DNA from: Orbicella franksi
Lineage: Eukaryota
NCBI GenBank assembly: GCA_964199315.1
Contig: OZ116707.1
Span: 16,988,001 to 17,052,000 of the forward strand
Direction: 5' to 3'
Length of the DNA: 64,000 nt
Both the position numbers and the translations under genes were made by a program. The first letter of the stretch is position 1; each line of letters begins with the position of its first letter. Under the pieces are notes generated by a model that was not told the DNA's origin, made no database searches, and saw only the letters and a list, made by a program, of their open reading frames with translations. This document shows, one piece after another, positions 21,959 to 33,176 of the stretch.

Positions 21959-23700
21959 TTAAACATCGGAGATACAATGAGTTTCCTGTAAACATACTAC
22001 ATCTACAGTGAGAGGAAGAGATCGTAACCACTGCACAAGACCTTCACGCTCTGAAGACTTACGAAGGCCGTTGACGTTAAGAGAAAATATGGACAGAGCC
22101 ATAAGGAGATAGGAAGGGAGCTTGAACGACACTAAGAGCGTCTAGCCATCGAGTGACATCTGAGGTATACCCCTATGAGCTCCAGGGGAGGATGGAAGCA
22201 ATGGAGATCGAGAACGCACTTGTTGAGGGCTCTGATATGCAGCCCGACGAGTCCTAGGGGGATGAGGGGTCTTAAATGGGGACTCAGAAGAACTCGTGTC
22301 TGAAGCTGTAGCAACACCAGAAGGAGACAGGAAGTTAAACTGAGAGACTTTACTATTTTGGCTTAACTTGAGTAGGGTAGGTTCACCCTTTGAACTACTA
22401 TTAGAACTACTATTATTAGATCCGGCCACTTTTGGACCAGCCACTATAGTACTATAGGCCACTTTTGGCCCCGATACACTACTATTAGATACTTTGGCCA
22501 CTTTTGGACCAGCTACATTATTTTTAGTTACAATGACCTTTTTTGGACCAGCTACATTACTGTTTTTAGATACAATGGCCTCTTTTGGACCAGCTACATT
22601 ACTGTTAGCAGTTGGAATTTGCTTGACCACAATTGGGTTGCTAGAGACAATTGTGCAGTTTTTAAGAATGCTGTGACTAATGTCAGCTGAGCTGGGGAAA
22701 GAGGAGATGGAGGGGGATGAGGAGGGAGTAAGGAAAAGTGGCATCTCTTCCTCAGTAAATTGCTGAATGGATTCTTCAGATCCAGAGAACATGGAGAATT
22801 GTGATGAGACAGGCTCACCCTGAGAGAACTCTCCCAAGACATCAGACGATTCCACTGTGGACAGATGAGGAGACAGACATCAACAGAGGTGGAGCTTGAT
22901 TAGCCACGGCTCTGCCGGAGGTGCAGCATTAGTATCCACGTGGACAGGGGCAGGGGGATCAGGGGTAGGGGCAGGGGATCAGGGTTGGGAACAGGGGGAT
23001 CAGGGTTGGGGGGCAGTGGATGGACTGGCAGGAGCATGATGGGCCTGAGGAGTAGTACCCCACGCATTGTTACAGTCCTTGGCAAAATTACCGGGCAGAT
23101 GACAACATTTACATTTGTTCTTGTCTTGACAATTAGAAGCTTTATGAGCTCTCTCACAGATGATGCACTCGAGGGGCTGACCAGAGCACCAGACTCGGCA
23201 TGGATAACCCTGGATGTTGCACTGGAATGGAATATGATGTTCCAAGGACATACAAACAATGCGGGTACCAGTGGAGATTTGTTTAAAGCCAGAAAAACGT
23301 TGGTGAGTGATATCCAAGACTTTGCCATATGGGGCAAGAGCCAAAGGGATCCCAATGTTACCGGTTTCCATAGGCAGATAATGGACATACGCAGATGTAA
23401 CAGGTGTGTCCAACTCCGTGACTTGGAGTTCATGGAGATCATCGATCGACGAAACTTTTTTACCGAGGATGGTGTTGCGGTACTCGGTAGATGTAATTGT
23501 GACCCAAATACGACCATTTGGAATAAACTGGATAGATTGTACCCTTCAAGTCTTAACTTTTTAGACAACATTTGTACAATTGCATTAGTTGACATGGCAG
23601 CCACCATGCCACAGGCATGGATGACTACAGTTTTTGGCTGCGCAACAGGCATTTAAGATGTTAAAATAAACCCAAAATAATTGCAACCAAAACTTATAGA
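21959..23700 (-). mobile_element. 5' portion of a Tx1/L1-clade LINE (ORF1 plus the first 47 codons of ORF2)
   Basis: ORF1 fragments YVHYLP...YGKV...TGTRIV...GYPCRVWCSGQPLECIICERAHKASNC...CKCCHLPGNFAKDC (ZCCHC3-like knuckles), then a Ser-rich tail. ORF2 ATG 22102 reads MALSIFSLNVNGLR...VVCLQETH (APE endonuclease start) and is cut at about 21959. Confidence 0.85.
22142..23652 (-). pseudogene. LINE ORF1p (RRM-like region plus zinc knuckles), frameshifted
   Basis: Joined from ORFs 22900-23652, 23000-23413 and 22142-22855. Confidence 0.8.
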
Positions 23701-23809
23701 ACTAGTTTAGTATTATAGGCATGACAGACTGCAACACAGTATAGCTTGAAGAGCTTGTAGTCCCCCAAAATAAAAATTTACAGTAGTAATATCACTTTGA
23801 TGAATTTAC

Positions 23810-24010
23810 CAAAAAGATTGTGGACTGCAATGGCAAATTTGTCCTTCTTTCCAATTGTTGATAATCCAAGGCTGTTCATTGCAGCATCAGACAGGATGTG
23901 CTCAGACTGCAGTGTACACCCCTTGATTTCTTCTTCTTCGAATTTTCTAGCTATGTCTTCATCCTTAAATAGGGCTTCTGCCCAGGCCTTGACACGCTGA
24001 ACATCCCAGT
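23810..24010 (-). CDS. Single intact internal exon encoding a SAM (sterile alpha motif) domain
   Basis: Polypyrimidine tract with TTTCAG acceptor and G|GTAAAT donor; 201 bp, phase 1-1. Reads DWDVQRVKAWAEALFKDEDIARKFEEEEIKGCTL...LGLSTIGKKDKFAIAVHNLF. Confidence 0.7.
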
Positions 24011-24239
24011 CTGAAAAACAATGAAAGAACAAAAGAAAATAAGAACGGGGCGGAAGGAGTTGCTTAGTCAGAAAGAAAAACTGTTTTGGCGGGAGCTTGC
24101 CTCTTGGATCCTCTCTTTGAACCACGTGAAGTTTTAAACAAAACTTAATGGGATCGCACACAACTAGAACGAGATACTAACTGACCACGAGGAGACACAA
24201 ATATGAGATGTAGAGTTATGCAATGCGATCACAGTCAAT

Positions 24240-25950
24240 AATTAATCTAGTTCTATTGCATCATCTTCATTAACTCATCCATAATTTATTTGTGGAGGAA
24301 GCTTTTCATTGTCCAAAGAACATTTAGCCATTATGACATTAATTAAGCTTGTAGGATCAGTTCCTTCTCTTCTAGTGGGCACTCTATGTGCCACCAAACC
24401 TGTAATACAGCCAATTCTATTCTCAGACCAGTTTGAATTACTGCTTTGACCCACAGTAATCAATGATATTTCCTCTCTTTGGTCTTTGCTGACTTTAAAG
24501 TTCAAAACATAATTCTTGGCAAATTCTAAATATTCACTTGTAGTTATTAAGTTTTGTTCCTTGGTGTCTGTAGTTTTCAAGCGACGACCTTCACTTGAGA
24601 AGTGCATTTATTTGACTAACCAATAAAATGTTACACACCCAAGTAATGAGAATGATTAGCATTATTACACAGACATTCAACACGCATACATTCACACGCT
24701 CGTTCCACAGTGCCCATCTTAAGCTCTTTTATTATATCAGACATGCAAGGAGCATGTGGTGTCATGATAGCTTCCTCCCCTTTAATGACATTGATGTCAT
24801 GCCCAATAGGAAAGTCTTCTCAAAGAGGATTTGCTTCTGAGGTAATTACAGAAAGTATATCTAGGCAAACAACTTCAGGATAAATGTCATGAATTGCATA
24901 CTGAAGGAGGTTTTTCCTCTTTTCACAAGATCCAACAACTGAATGAGGCCTAGGATCAAATTGGCGGCTTTCAAGTTGACCTAGCAGGGGGTTGTCTTCC
25001 TTTTTTCCTAAATTTAATTTGAAGGCTGGAGTTGAAGCCAAATCCCTTTTCTTTTGAACCCAGACACAGGGTTTGCCTGTACACGAAAGTGGATCATTTT
25101 GTTTTGCAATTGTGTTCTGAAGAACAAACAAACTCGCTGACAGATGTCTACATGCTCCATCCGCTCCACCAAAGCAGTTACAATAACCTGGAAAAACTTC
25201 TCCATACATTTTTAGGATAATCCATCCTTCGTAATATGGTTTACAATTCCATGTCTTCTTCCTTTCTGTTGGACACACCTAAATAATGGACCAGTTAGGC
25301 TGTGGAATGGTTCAAAATAGAGTGCTTCATTTATAGCAACCAAGCTATATTATTTACGATACTCTACGGTTGAGACATCAATACCTTTAAATCACTAGCA
25401 ATCATTTTATCCTAACTTAGAAGCTTAAACACAACGTTGAGGGTGTGGTTCAAATTTTTTTAACAGTTTGGAAATTTCTCAATCAATATTGAATGTCTCT
25501 TTTTTCTTTAGCTACTTAGATTTTCAACATTGCAGAGCTGAAAAATAATAATCTGCTTTGGGCTGATCAGCATTTGATATCAGCTTGTCTTCTTAACCTT
25601 GTAAGTTGTTTAAGCTACATTAAATAATCATTTAAGCTTTAAACTATCTGAGGTAACCTGAAATCTAACAAAGCTGTAGTTAAAATCTTTTATGACCACT
25701 TGCTGGAGATTCATGACATGACCTGCTGCCTCGTACAGTTTATAGCCCTGTAAGCCTTTGTAGGCTTTTTATCCATTGAGATCGTAGCCTGGTTTCATAA
25801 TCATGTAGTTGTACAAATCTGCGTACATAAACGTTGGAGCATTTGAAAAATTCTTCGACCATCCCTATTTGGTTGACGACTTCATCAGCAGACAGCCCTG
25901 ATCTGGCGTTTTGTTGTTCTCTTGTAAAGCAGGATGTTTAGAAACCCATA
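24240..25950 (-). pseudogene. SWIM zinc finger plus YqaJ-like exonuclease gene fragment (ISL2EU/Harbinger-type second ORF)
   Basis: YADLYNYM...AYKGLQGYKLYE, YCNCFGGADGACRHLSASLF (SWIM), and TVGQSSNSNWSENRIGCITG...INYG (YqaJ N-terminus); truncated near 24240. Confidence 0.65.
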
Positions 25951-26227
25951 TTTAATAACCAAACCTCGATAATATAGAAAACAGATTATGAAGTTGCAAT
26001 CTTGTTTTTTATCTTATCCAAGTTTGGAATCAGTAGAAAGCCAGTAGGGGGTAGGGACAATATCCAGACTTGATTTTTGTAAAGTAGGATATTTAATAAC
26101 CAAAATTTAATAACTTTTGGAAGCCTTGACTTAATTAAACACTCCTAATTACTGATAAAACGTTCAAATGTGTGTAAGATATCAAAATAATATATAGATT
26201 TAAGCCAGCCTAAAAGCGTAGCTCCTG

Positions 26228-26462
26228 GGCCGGGTTGTTCAAAGCCCGATTAAACTAACCCAGAAAAAGGTAGAATTTTGATTTGAGTTTTGTAACTTTG
26301 CAGTGAGGTTTTCTGTATATTGTTTGGCCTTCTGTTTTGAGTTTTAATAATCACCATATACACAAAACAAAACAGCAAAAAACATTTGTATAGAATAAAA
26401 GTTATAATTCGGTTAACTTTTAATCCTGGGTTAGCATTAACCGGCTTCTGAACAATCCTGCC
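26228..26462. mobile_element. MITE, 235 bp, with imperfect GGCC-type TIRs (Harbinger-like)
   Basis: GGCCGGGTTGTTCAAAGCCCGATTAAACTAACCCAG versus CCTGGGTTAGCATTAACCGGCTTCTGAACAATCCTGCC; flanks CTG/TTG. Confidence 0.75.
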
Positions 26463-26657
26463 TTGTTTCCAACAAGTTAACCTAATATGAGCCCGCGTTC
26501 CAGCAATCATCTCCGGCAAACATTCTATGGCATTGTCCGAACTTTCTCCATCTTTTTTTCTCAATGATTCCCTGACACCCTTCAGTGAAACAGCATTTGC
26601 ATACCTTGTTACAGTTGTGGTCTTTTTTTGTCATAGCCTTTCTTGCATTTAAGACAC
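26463..26657 (-). pseudogene. Polinton B pPolB N-terminal zinc-binding region, continuation across Gypsy A
   Basis: Joining across the GACAC TSD gives WCLKCKKGYDKKDHNCNKVCKCCF...QCHRMFAGDDC, contiguous with 43442-44251. Confidence 0.7.
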
Positions 26658-26780
26658 TGTGCGGTTATTGATTAACACATCACGTGTAAAGGGATCATAT
26701 TTACCATAAATGGATATGCACGTGTTTTGTACAATCACTTAGAGTCTGGATCAGTCAATGAACAGGATGAAAACCTTACA
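26658..26780 (+). repeat. 5' LTR of Gypsy A
   Basis: 117/123 identical to 43319-43441. Confidence 0.95.
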
Positions 26781-27602
26781 TGGTGTCCGAAGTATTGGAA
26801 AATGACAAAAAACCTGACCGATAGAATCAAATGGCATCATCTCAAATTCCTCTACCAGAAAAATTAGATTCAAAGAAATCGGAGGAGTGGAAACGATGGA
26901 TCGAACACTTCGAATGCTATTGCATTGCTGCTGGCCTTGGCAAAAGAGACGAGAAAGTGAAGATAAACATGTTGGTCTACGCTATGGGTGGAAATGGGAA
27001 CGAAATCTCTAGAAGCTTTCAGCTCACCAAAGGCGATCAAGTCTACCAGACCGTAAAGGGACAACACACTTTGTGGGCTGCACAAACGTTATCTTTGAAA
27101 GAGCTCGACTTAACAAGCGTGTTCAAGGCGAACAAGAATCTGTGATCAATTTCGTTGAAAGCCTGTAAGAGCTTGCAGAGATCTGCCAGTTTGGAACTCT
27201 CAAAGAAGAATTAATACAAGACTGCATCGTTGCTGGCATTGGTAACGCCACATTGTCGCAAAAGTTTATGCAAGATGATACGCTCACACTCAATAAAGCT
27301 GTGATGCAAGTGAAGTCTTCAGAGCTGGTGAAAGAAAGTCATGAAATCCTTAAAGGAGGTGGCAAAGATGGAAAAATTAACCACATTCGAGACACCAAGT
27401 GGAAACTGCCAAAGATAAAGGAAAATTATCAGATTAAACGAGACTTACCTGTAAGTTGAAGTTTGATCAAGATTCTATCTTGTCATCAGTCCGGAACGAA
27501 GGAGTCACATGAGAAGCGCATGCGCGTTGCTGATCAGTATTCAACGTGAGTGGTGCAGGAGAAAATAGGAACGAAGGACATGGGAGGGGGGGTACATAAG
27601 GG

Positions 27603-27731
27603 CATGTGACTCCTTCGTTCCGGACTGATGACAAGATAGAATCTTGATCAAACTTCAACTTACAGGTAAGTCTCGTTTAATCTGATAATTCTACCTTGTC
27701 ATCAGTCTACGTCACTACGGAGTCACATGAG
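27603..27731. repeat. DIRS internal complementary region (ICR)
   Basis: 27603-27690 is the exact reverse complement of 27424-27511 (88 bp). 27687-27731 is the exact reverse complement of 32049-32093 (45 bp). The two parts overlap at AATT. Confidence 0.95.
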
Positions 27732-27834
27732 ACTTCAAAGTCCTGCATCACGAGCAACTCATAACAGTGAACAAACTTTATTCCCAAACAAGGAAAACGA
27801 AAATACAGTTTCACAGATCAAAGTGTGTCTGGAT

Positions 27835-28957
27835 TCAGCAGCACGGAGCCAAAATTAGCTGAGGCAGGACGACAGGCTTATCATAAAACTTCGCAAAAGT
27901 ACTAGAATTAGACCACCCTGCACTCTTCATGATGTCTGCTAGGCTTAAACCTTTGGCCTTACAACTGGACGTTGATGCAGCTCTGCTGCTATGAGCAGAG
28001 TATTTGTTAATGTCAATCCCGGCTGACTCTAACACTTGCTTAACCCATCTGGAGATGGTATCTTTGGATACCGGTTTAAATGGTTTAACATAACTTATCA
28101 GTAACTGTGAGTGCTCCTCTCGCAACTGTTTTGTGCGCTGTAAGTATTCCTTAAGATGCTCAACCACAAAGTTTCTTGTCACTTTGGAAAGAAATTAAAT
28201 CAATGGGTGCTAGATGTCGCCCAGGCTTACTCTGTTTCAGTTTCTCACAAATAGTTATTCTGTAGCGGTCATCCATTTCTTGGATGTAATTAACATCAAA
28301 CTTATGTATAGTCTGTCCACGCTGTCCCGTAGTGAGACAGAGTAACATAGTCAAATTTAGAGTAAGCTGCTTAAGAGATAAGGATCTCAAGGGTGCAGCA
28401 GCTCTCAAATAATCTAACACAATATTAACGTCCCAAATTTCAGTATATTTGGGCAAAGCTGGTTTTAACTCAAAAATCCCTTTCATGCAGCGAGCTACTA
28501 ACGGGTGCTCTCCGAATTTTACTCCGTCTTCCAAAACAAATATTGAAGAGAGCGCAGAACGTGCGGTGTTTACAGCACTGTATCCTAAGCCTGATTTGTA
28601 AAGAAAAACGAGAAATTCAATGCCATTTGTTACTCCAGGCTGAAAAACATTGATGCTATTGTCCTGACAGTATTGATTCCATTTGCTAAGGTAAGTGTGG
28701 TATTGCTTGGAGGTGCCTTCCCTCCATGAAGCCATTAGCACATCTTTTGCCGCAGGTGATAAAGCATACTTGTTTAGTCCCTCCCTGATAAGTGACACAC
28801 GAGGAGATTCAGCTTGTGCCAGATTGGATGATTTTCCTTGGGATGGCTTGGCAGCTGGAGTAGGTCTTTCCTGGCTTTTAGATACACTGGTTTCTGTTTG
28901 AGTAGCTGGAGAGCTGTTGGGTACCATGGTTGTGTGGGCCAATCTGGCAACACACAA
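27835..28957 (-). pseudogene. DIRS tyrosine recombinase (single frameshift near 28170)
   Basis: TGQRGQ (R), then after the shift AHSSRAASTS...AGWSNSSTFAKFY (HxxR, W, Y). Confidence 0.9.
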
Positions 28958-30801
28958 ATCCCCTGTGCTCCCTCGGTCATCAACTTGTTCAGCACTGTTG
29001 GAATAACACTAAACGGAGGAAAAGCATAAAAATTAAGGTTGGACCAACTCAGGCTAAACGCATCGATGGCAATAGCCTCGGGGTCTGGTCTGTAAGACAC
29101 ATAATCTGGGAACTGGTGATTTATACGAGAGGCAAACAAATCTATATCAGGTTTGAAGTCTAGCCTCTCAAGAGCACAAATTAGTGATGCCTTGTCAAGC
29201 CTCCATTCAGATTCTCTTTGGTTTCTTCTGGATTCAAAATCTGCAATAAGATTTTGTTTTCCAGGAATATGTGCAGCACTAAGCCAGATCTTGCGATCTA
29301 TACACCACTCCCAGATCTCCTTAGCGACCGAATTGCAAGAATCTGAGTGGCTTGTTCCCATGTGATTAATCACATTAACTGCTGTAGTGTTGTCACACAT
29401 TATTCTGATATGTGTGTTGCTCTTGTCTTTAGCAAAGGTTTGGAGCCCCAACAAAATAGCCAACATTTCCAGATAGTTGATGTGGTGTTTAGACTCTGCA
29501 TGGGACCAATTTCCTCCCGAGGACACCCCTGCAGATTCTGCCCCCCAACCCATAAGGGAAGCATCTGTTGTTATTTGATGCTGGGGTTGTGGGTGGTTGA
29601 TTACATTGTACATGTCTCCCACATGTTGAATCCACCACTGTAATTCAGATTTAGCATGAGGGGACAAAGACATCAAGTCATCAAAGTTACCCTTTGTTCT
29701 AATAAGGGCCTGGGATTTATCTTTTTCCAGGTATCGGTAGTAAAGAGCTCCATACATCACCCCAGGGAAGCTAGCAACTATTTTCCCAATAACACTTGCT
29801 ACTTCCCTAATAGAAGGGGAAGAGTTTTCTAATAACTCAGTACAGACATTTTGTAAACTAGTGGCTTTCTCACTGGTCAGTTGTATTGTCATTTCTACTG
29901 AGTCTATTACAAACCCTAGGATAGTAAGCACTTGTGTGGGTATGAAAGTAGACTTCTCTGGATGCACAACCAAGCCTAATTTGTCCAGCAAGACGGTAGT
30001 GTCTATAACATTTTGGACACATTTCTCATAGGTTTGCCCTTGCAGGTAAAGGTCATCAAGATGTGCCACAGCTATGTGTCCTTGTTTGTGCAGAGTAGAC
30101 AGAGGGGGCTTAAGAATTTTAGTGAATATACGGGGAGCACACGACAACCCATTAGGAAGGCAGGTAAATTCATATAACTCCCCCTCCCAGATAAAGCGTA
30201 AAAACTTTCGATCTGAAGATCGAATGGGGACAGAGTAATAGGCATCTTTCATGTCAACAGAAGCCATATAACAATTTTGGGTAACTAGTTTTGTTATGGT
30301 AGAAAGTGAATCCATTTTAAAATGATAATGACTAACTGACTCATTAAACCTTTTGAGATTTAGTATGAGTCGATAAGTCTCATCCTTCTTCGGACGAAGG
30401 AATACATTGGACAAAATTTGCCCAGATACAGGTAACACCTTTGTGATGACACGTTTCTCAAGTAATTTATGCACTTCTTGACAAACAATGGGATATTCAT
30501 GTTCTGAGAAGATTTGCTTAGGTAACTTGTGTTGAACAGGGGTGGCAGTACACTCAATTGCTGCTCCCAACACATCCGATAATAGGATTTTGTCATTAGT
30601 AAGGGTCCTCCAAGCTGCAAAATGAGCAGCCACCTGCCCAGCCTGAAATGTATTGCATAACATTTGTAAATAATTCACCAGGTTGGGCAAGAAATTTCCA
30701 AAGCCCCTTACCCTGTTCTTTATTTGAAGCAATTGTTCCATTATTTCTTGTCGGTGGTTGGTGATTTTTTCTTGTTGTAGTGCCGGTTTTGGCCTTTCCA
30801 T
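28774..30801 (-). CDS. DIRS reverse transcriptase, RNase H and Dam-like methyltransferase domain
   Basis: DMKDAYY, LPNGLSCAPRIF, HLDDL; TDAS, HINYLEM, DNTTAV; MT domain IDLFASRIN...DAF...YAFPPF...WPTQPWY. Confidence 0.93.
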   Translation of the reverse strand: MERPKPALQQEKITNHRQEIMEQLLQIKNRVRGFGNFLPNLVNYLQMLCNTFQAGQVAAHFAAWRTLTNDKILLSDVLGAAIECTATPVQHKLPKQIFSEHEYPIVCQEVHKLLEKRVITKVLPVSGQILSNVFLRPKKDETYRLILNLKRFNESVSHYHFKMDSLSTITKLVTQNCYMASVDMKDAYYSVPIRSSDRKFLRFIWEGELYEFTCLPNGLSCAPRIFTKILKPPLSTLHKQGHIAVAHLDDLYLQGQTYEKCVQNVIDTTVLLDKLGLVVHPEKSTFIPTQVLTILGFVIDSVEMTIQLTSEKATSLQNVCTELLENSSPSIREVASVIGKIVASFPGVMYGALYYRYLEKDKSQALIRTKGNFDDLMSLSPHAKSELQWWIQHVGDMYNVINHPQPQHQITTDASLMGWGAESAGVSSGGNWSHAESKHHINYLEMLAILLGLQTFAKDKSNTHIRIMCDNTTAVNVINHMGTSHSDSCNSVAKEIWEWCIDRKIWLSAAHIPGKQNLIADFESRRNQRESEWRLDKASLICALERLDFKPDIDLFASRINHQFPDYVSYRPDPEAIAIDAFSLSWSNLNFYAFPPFSVIPTVLNKLMTEGAQGICVLPDWPTQPWYPTALQLLKQKPVYLKARKDLLQLPSHPKENHPIWHKLNLLVCHLSGRD

Positions 30802-31847
30802 AAAAAATCTCTTCTAGGACCTTTAGAATGATGGGCATGTTGTTTTGAACTTTGCTGTTTGCCTTTGAAGAGACTATTCTTAGATGAGGATGTAAAGGAA
30901 TGGCTAATTTTGCTCGCTTCTTTGGCATCTCGCAATTGCTTCGCCAAGTCGTCCCCAAAAAGGTATTGGCTAGTGATGGGCACTTCAGCCGAGCAAATAG
31001 CAGAGTACTCCGCTTTCATTGATGGTTTGATTTCATCTCTTCGCAGCTGGGCCAACTGCGTATTTACATGTCCCAGCATTGCAATGGTGTCAACTTGTTT
31101 AGCCATTATTTTGTTGTTTTCTAAACCAGAGGGATTTTGAATAAGCACATTGGTCATTTGTAACGTCGCAAAAGTGATTTTGCGGATAACCTGCTGCAAA
31201 TTTGAGATCTTCAGGTCTGTTTTCTTTTTCTTGGCATTTAATTGGCTCCATATCTCGGGGTTGACTTTTATACCCTTTATGTCAGAGCAGTTCTGAGGCT
31301 GTTTATATTTGTCTGAGAAACTTTTAATTTTGTCAGAAGACAGCTTCTTGCCCCATCGTTTTAGTGCAATATCAGCCAGCTCTTGCTGGATTTTGTCGCC
31401 GGTGGCGTCATCCTCGTCAAGGCTGTTAGCAAAGTCTTGAAGGAGCTTTGTCTCCTTGGCGGGAATTTCCCGCTCTTTTTGGCCGGTGGCCTTTGAACAC
31501 TCGGTGAGCATTTTAATGTCATCTGCGTCGTCCAGATCATCACTAGCGTGAAGACTAATATTATCATCCGAGAGACTAGTATGACGCCGTCGTTTGTGGG
31601 AGTTTTCTTCAGACTCAGAGTCTGAATTATCCGATGCGGCGGATGTTGACTGTCGCTTTAAGCCCTGTGGGCGTTCGTCAGGGACTGGCTTTTCACACAA
31701 TTTAGCTAAAAGACTAGCCATTTTCCCCATGTTGCTGTTTATGTTATCTAGAGATAACGCAAGATCTTGGTTATTGAGATTAGGTGAATCTACCATGCTT
31801 GGAGAGCCGTCGGAGGTGCCCGACGCTTCTGTGTTTTCATTAGACAT
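30741..31847 (-). CDS. gag: DIRS gag-like ORF1
   Basis: 368-aa open ORF with VNPEIW and LFGDDL motifs, overlapping the RT ORF. Confidence 0.85.
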   Translation of the reverse strand: MSNENTEASGTSDGSPSMVDSPNLNNQDLALSLDNINSNMGKMASLLAKLCEKPVPDERPQGLKRQSTSAASDNSDSESEENSHKRRRHTSLSDDNISLHASDDLDDADDIKMLTECSKATGQKEREIPAKETKLLQDFANSLDEDDATGDKIQQELADIALKRWGKKLSSDKIKSFSDKYKQPQNCSDIKGIKVNPEIWSQLNAKKKKTDLKISNLQQVIRKITFATLQMTNVLIQNPSGLENNKIMAKQVDTIAMLGHVNTQLAQLRRDEIKPSMKAEYSAICSAEVPITSQYLFGDDLAKQLRDAKEASKISHSFTSSSKNSLFKGKQQSSKQHAHHSKGPRRDFLWKGQNRHYNKKKSPTTDKK

Positions 31848-33176
31848 TTTGGAAAGGAATCGCTCGAGCTGTAGAAGAAAAAGTACAATAAGTATCCAAT
31901 TTTAGCCTTACCTTCCTCTCCAGGTATGTAAAAGGTGGAAAAACCCGGCAATGGTTTAGATTTGCAAAGATTAAAGGATTAAAAATACTCACAGCGTGAA
32001 ACTGCCAGCGAAACGCAAAGCACACTGATCAGCAACGCGCATGCGCTTCTCATGTGACTCCGTAGTGACGTAGACTGATGACAAGGTAGAATTGCCCAAG
32101 AATCAAAAGATCAGAAAAATTCTAAAAGCCGTCCCGCAAAGAAGTGTTGGGCAAATTGCCAGCACACAAAAGAGAAAAATGTCCAGCTTCCGATGCAACT
32201 TGCCTGAAATGTAAGAAATGTGGACACTACACTTCAGAATGCAAAAGCAAAATCGTTCATTCGGTAGACAAAGAAATACAAAGTGGAACCTCAGACAAAG
32301 ATTGTTATTTATCTTTTCCCCCCTGGGCTTCTGGTATTAACATATCAACTGAGTGCTGTATTAACTGAGCTCGTTTACTGGCCAATAATAATTTAACTCT
32401 CACACAAATGTTTGGAGTTAAATGGCTGAGGGAAAGCCCAAAGCCGGATTTATTAAAATAATCAATTTGTAATTCATACAAAAATTTACAATCTGTTAGA
32501 AATATTTTGGCCCAGTAAAGGTGAGAGCAACCAAAACGCCAAACCATATGGCTTACATCCTGTATAAACATAAACAAGGTGGACAGGATCAGGGGAGGAG
32601 GTGGGAGTTCAAATGAGTGTCTTCGCTCGTTGATAAAAACTGAGCGAATGCACGACCACGCTTGCTAGCGAGGTCACTAAGCAAGCCGTTTGCCTAGAGG
32701 GGTTGCGATGTATTGACCTTCACCTCCACCCCTACCCTGTGTCACGCAATGCTACGTGACTGTAACCAACAAAAGACCAGGGGGATAAAACATAAAAATT
32801 CTATTCGCAGGCAAATATTTTATTTATGTTTTCCCCTCTGGGCTTCTGGTATTAACATATCAACTGAGTGCTGTATTAACTGAGCTCGTTTACTGGCCAA
32901 TAATAATTTAACTCTCACCCAAATGTTTGGAGTTAAATGGCTGAGGGAAAGCCCAAAGCCGGATTTATTAAAATAATCAATTTGTAATTCATACAAAAAT
33001 TTACAATCTGTTAGAAATATTTTGGCCCAGTAAAGGTGAGGGCAACCAAAACGCCAAAAGCATTATAATGAAAATTATGATGCTGCCGCACCCCAGGAAA
33101 TACAGCACTCACAAAAAGTGGCAAAAATAAAAACACAACTGGTCAAATACACTTATTCACTATATAGGAAAATATT

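Larger units (their letters stand above)
17688..21960 (+). mobile_element. Polinton/Maverick (Adintovirus-like) remnant A, internally deleted
   Basis: pPolB N-terminus and exonuclease fused directly to a packaging-ATPase C-terminus, then small virion-type ORFs and a parvovirus-like PLA2. No termini found. Confidence 0.8.
27424..32093 (-). mobile_element. DIRS1-type tyrosine-recombinase retrotransposon, near-intact
   Basis: Inverted terminal repeats (32025-32093 versus about 27472-27540), internal complementary region 27603-27731, AATT core at both junctions, overlapping gag, RT-RH-MT and YR ORFs. Confidence 0.95.
26831..32310 (+). pseudogene. gag: Gypsy A gag (26831-27427 plus 32090-32310), split by the DIRS element
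   Basis: WKRWIEHFECY...LVYAMG...; after removing the DIRS it continues to the CCHC knuckle CLKCKKCGHYTSEC. Confidence 0.85.

Noticed and set aside
22940-23656. 238-aa Gly/Arg-rich ORF, and other long antisense ORFs (36821-37327, 30859-31140, 55684-56154)
   Set aside because: Shadow frames opposite recognisable TE genes.
27624-27660. Hammerhead-like CTGATGA followed by a CAAGAT/ATCTTG stem in the DIRS ICR
   Set aside because: The stem is followed by ATCAAAC rather than GAAA, no stems I/III are evident, and the motif is explained by the ITR sequence.
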